The translations under genes were made by a program, and so were the position numbers. A model generated the notes under the pieces. The model was not told the DNA's origin. It saw only the letters and a program-made list of their open reading frames with translations, and ran no database searches. A DNA stretch of 64,000 bases from an uncultured Methanoregulaceae archaeon (GTDB lineage: Archaea > Halobacteriota > Methanomicrobia > Methanomicrobiales > Methanospirillaceae), in NCBI GenBank assembly GCA_963717525.1, contig OY970343.1, forward strand, positions 2,016,001-2,080,000, read 5' to 3'. Of the stretch, positions 62,222 through 64,000 are shown piece by piece (within the stretch, counting starts at the first letter, position 1; each line of letters starts with the position of its first letter).

Positions 62222-63067
62222 TCAGCTCCTCAGGGCAGCCGCAATGCTTACTGCCGCCGAGAGCCGGCTGCATCCCCGCTCGATGGTATCGCTGCAGAAT
62301 ACGTCCCGGATCCCGCTCGCCTTCAGGTGGACGTATGCGCCTCCGATAAGCACGCCATGGACGCAGCCAGCGTAAACGTCGGTCGCACCCTGTTGGTACA
62401 GCATTTTTGCCGCCGTCGCTATGGTCCCTCCGGTCGAGATGATATCGTCAACGATAACCACCGGGCGCGAGGCAGCACAGAGCTTCTTTGGCGCCATCTT
62501 CACCTCGATACCCGAGAGCCGGGTCTTTTCGAGGTGATCGCAGTCCCATCCTCCCGCGGCTGCGACACCCTGTGCAAAGGCAAGGGCCCCGTCATCGGGA
62601 GCGAGAATCAGGGGATTGGACAGGCCCATGGTCCCGATGCAGGCGCCCATATCCCCCGCGAGCGAAATATTGGTGGCAGGCACCGGGAAATACTTCAGTA
62701 CTGACGGCTCGTGGATGTTGACCGTGATGCAATCCTCCACTCCATTTTTGAAGAGCCGGGCGATGGCGCGGGCGCTGATCGGCTCCCCGTCCCTGAACCG
62801 TTTGTCCTGTCGGGCGTACCCCATGTACGGGAGTACGAGGTGATTTTGTGATCCCTCGCAGGCATCGATCAGCAGGAGCAGCTGGACGAGCGCATCGCTT
62901 TCGGTGACGCTGCCGACAATAACGGTCTCATCGTCGAGCTCTCCGGCCTCAAGGTAGAGCTCGCCATCAGGAAACCGTGAGAATTTCACATCGACCATGG
63001 TCGTGTTCAACGCCGTGGCGATACGGGCCGCAAGAATCTGGGATTTTTCCGTGCTGATCACTTTCAT
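62222..63067 (-). CDS. prs: Ribose-phosphate pyrophosphokinase
   Basis: FPDGE, PYMGYARQD, APDDGA, VDDIISTGGT. Confidence 0.95.
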   Translation of the reverse strand: MKVISTEKSQILAARIATALNTTMVDVKFSRFPDGELYLEAGELDDETVIVGSVTESDALVQLLLLIDACEGSQNHLVLPYMGYARQDKRFRDGEPISARAIARLFKNGVEDCITVNIHEPSVLKYFPVPATNISLAGDMGACIGTMGLSNPLILAPDDGALAFAQGVAAAGGWDCDHLEKTRLSGIEVKMAPKKLCAASRPVVIVDDIISTGGTIATAAKMLYQQGATDVYAGCVHGVLIGGAYVHLKASGIRDVFCSDTIERGCSRLSAAVSIAAALRS

Positions 63068-63258
63068 GATAACGTACCTGTCCCCCGGGATGCTGGGGAG
63101 TACCTTTCCCTGCCATACTATTACACCCTGCCGGTAGTATTATTTTTGCATGGCTTTTCGGAGGCAAAACAGGGATTTTTGCACACTGCTGAAAGTACTT
63201 AAACTATCATGCGTCAAATTATATGCACACTGAAGGGTGGAAAGAGGTAAAATTTCCA

Positions 63259-64000
63259 ATGGAAAATTCAAAACCAGAAGAACCGGTGCATGAAAATGAA
63301 GTTCCTCCGGCCCCGCAGCCGGATCTTGCAGCAGCTGCCGTGCCGGCCGAGCCCGCGCCGGGAGCCACGGTTCAGGCTGCACCTGCTCTAGAAGGGGCAA
63401 CCTCCCAGATTGAGGTCCCGGCAAAGCTGATCGACCAGGTGATCGGCCAGGAGCGTGCGGTCGAAGTGATCCGGAAGGCAGCTATCCAGCGACGGCATGT
63501 CATGATGATCGGAAGCCCGGGAACCGGCAAGTCGATGCTTGCAAAAGCGATGGCCGAGCTCCTGCCAAAAGAGGAGCTCCAGGACATCATGGTCTACCCG
63601 AACTCCGATGATTCCAACAACCCCATCATACGGACGGTCGCCGCGGGACGGGGCAAGCAGATTGTGGCTGCCCACAAGATCGAGGCCAAGAAAAAGATCC
63701 AGTTCAGGAACACCCTTCTCCTGATCCTCATCATCGGCATCATCGGTTATGCGTTCATTACCTACCAATGGCTCATGGGGATCATCGCGGCTGCGTTCGT
63801 CTTCATGGCGCTCCGGTACATGATGCCCCGCGAAGAGACGATGGTGCCCAAGCTGCTTGTCTCAAACGATGTGAAGAGCAATGCGCCGTTCATTGACGGT
63901 ACCGGTACCCATGCCGGCGCCCTTCTGGGAGATGTCAGGCACGACCCGTTCCAGAGTGGCGGCCTTGAGACGCCGGCGCATGACCGGGTAGAGGCCGGGG
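63259..64000 (+). CDS. lonB: Archaeal membrane-bound Lon protease (partial, runs off the window)
   Basis: Read directly: LIDQVIGQE, GSPGTGKSM, TM insert, PKLLV, LLGDVRHDPFQSGGL. Confidence 0.93.
   Translation, partial: MENSKPEEPVHENEVPPAPQPDLAAAAVPAEPAPGATVQAAPALEGATSQIEVPAKLIDQVIGQERAVEVIRKAAIQRRHVMMIGSPGTGKSMLAKAMAELLPKEELQDIMVYPNSDDSNNPIIRTVAAGRGKQIVAAHKIEAKKKIQFRNTLLLILIIGIIGYAFITYQWLMGIIAAAFVFMALRYMMPREETMVPKLLVSNDVKSNAPFIDGTGTHAGALLGDVRHDPFQSGGLETPAHDRVEAG

Overview
64-kb archaeal chromosome segment from a hydrogenotrophic methanogen. Gene content and style point to Methanomicrobiales (Methanoregula-like); this is inference. The GC-rich core holds hel308, the ribosome-maturation genes (Dim2/KH, rio1, tsr3, nob1), tyrS, gap, manC, asnB, the MCR-activation cluster (atwA with methanogenesis markers 3, 6, 5, 15, 17, 7), R15P isomerase, dapF, radB, larC, cdc48, an Lhr-like helicase, tRNA-Ser(CGA), thermosome, prs and a partial lonB. 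Three AT-rich accessory blocks interrupt it. (1) A surface-glycosylation cassette at about 9.4-14.7 kb, including a flippase-methyltransferase fusion. (2) A type I R-M locus at 41.5-48.4 kb with an antisense RelBE-like module between hsdR and hsdM and an HD-domain gene coupled to hsdS. (3) The main find: a 6,325-bp IS6-family element (54743-61067) with one central SWIM/Zn-ribbon/DDE transposase, perfect 15-bp terminal inverted repeats and an 8-bp target-site duplication (CCCTTAGT). It carries defence cargo: an MjaV-like (GTAC) type II R-M operon led by an AbrB-like gene, an HNH nuclease pair and a PIN/Panacea-like pair. About 13 single-base frameshifts break core genes. Four are the same GTAC->GTACC insertion, which probably reflects base-calling errors at methylated GTAC, the site predicted for the cargo methyltransferase. 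No CRISPR array or rRNA was seen.
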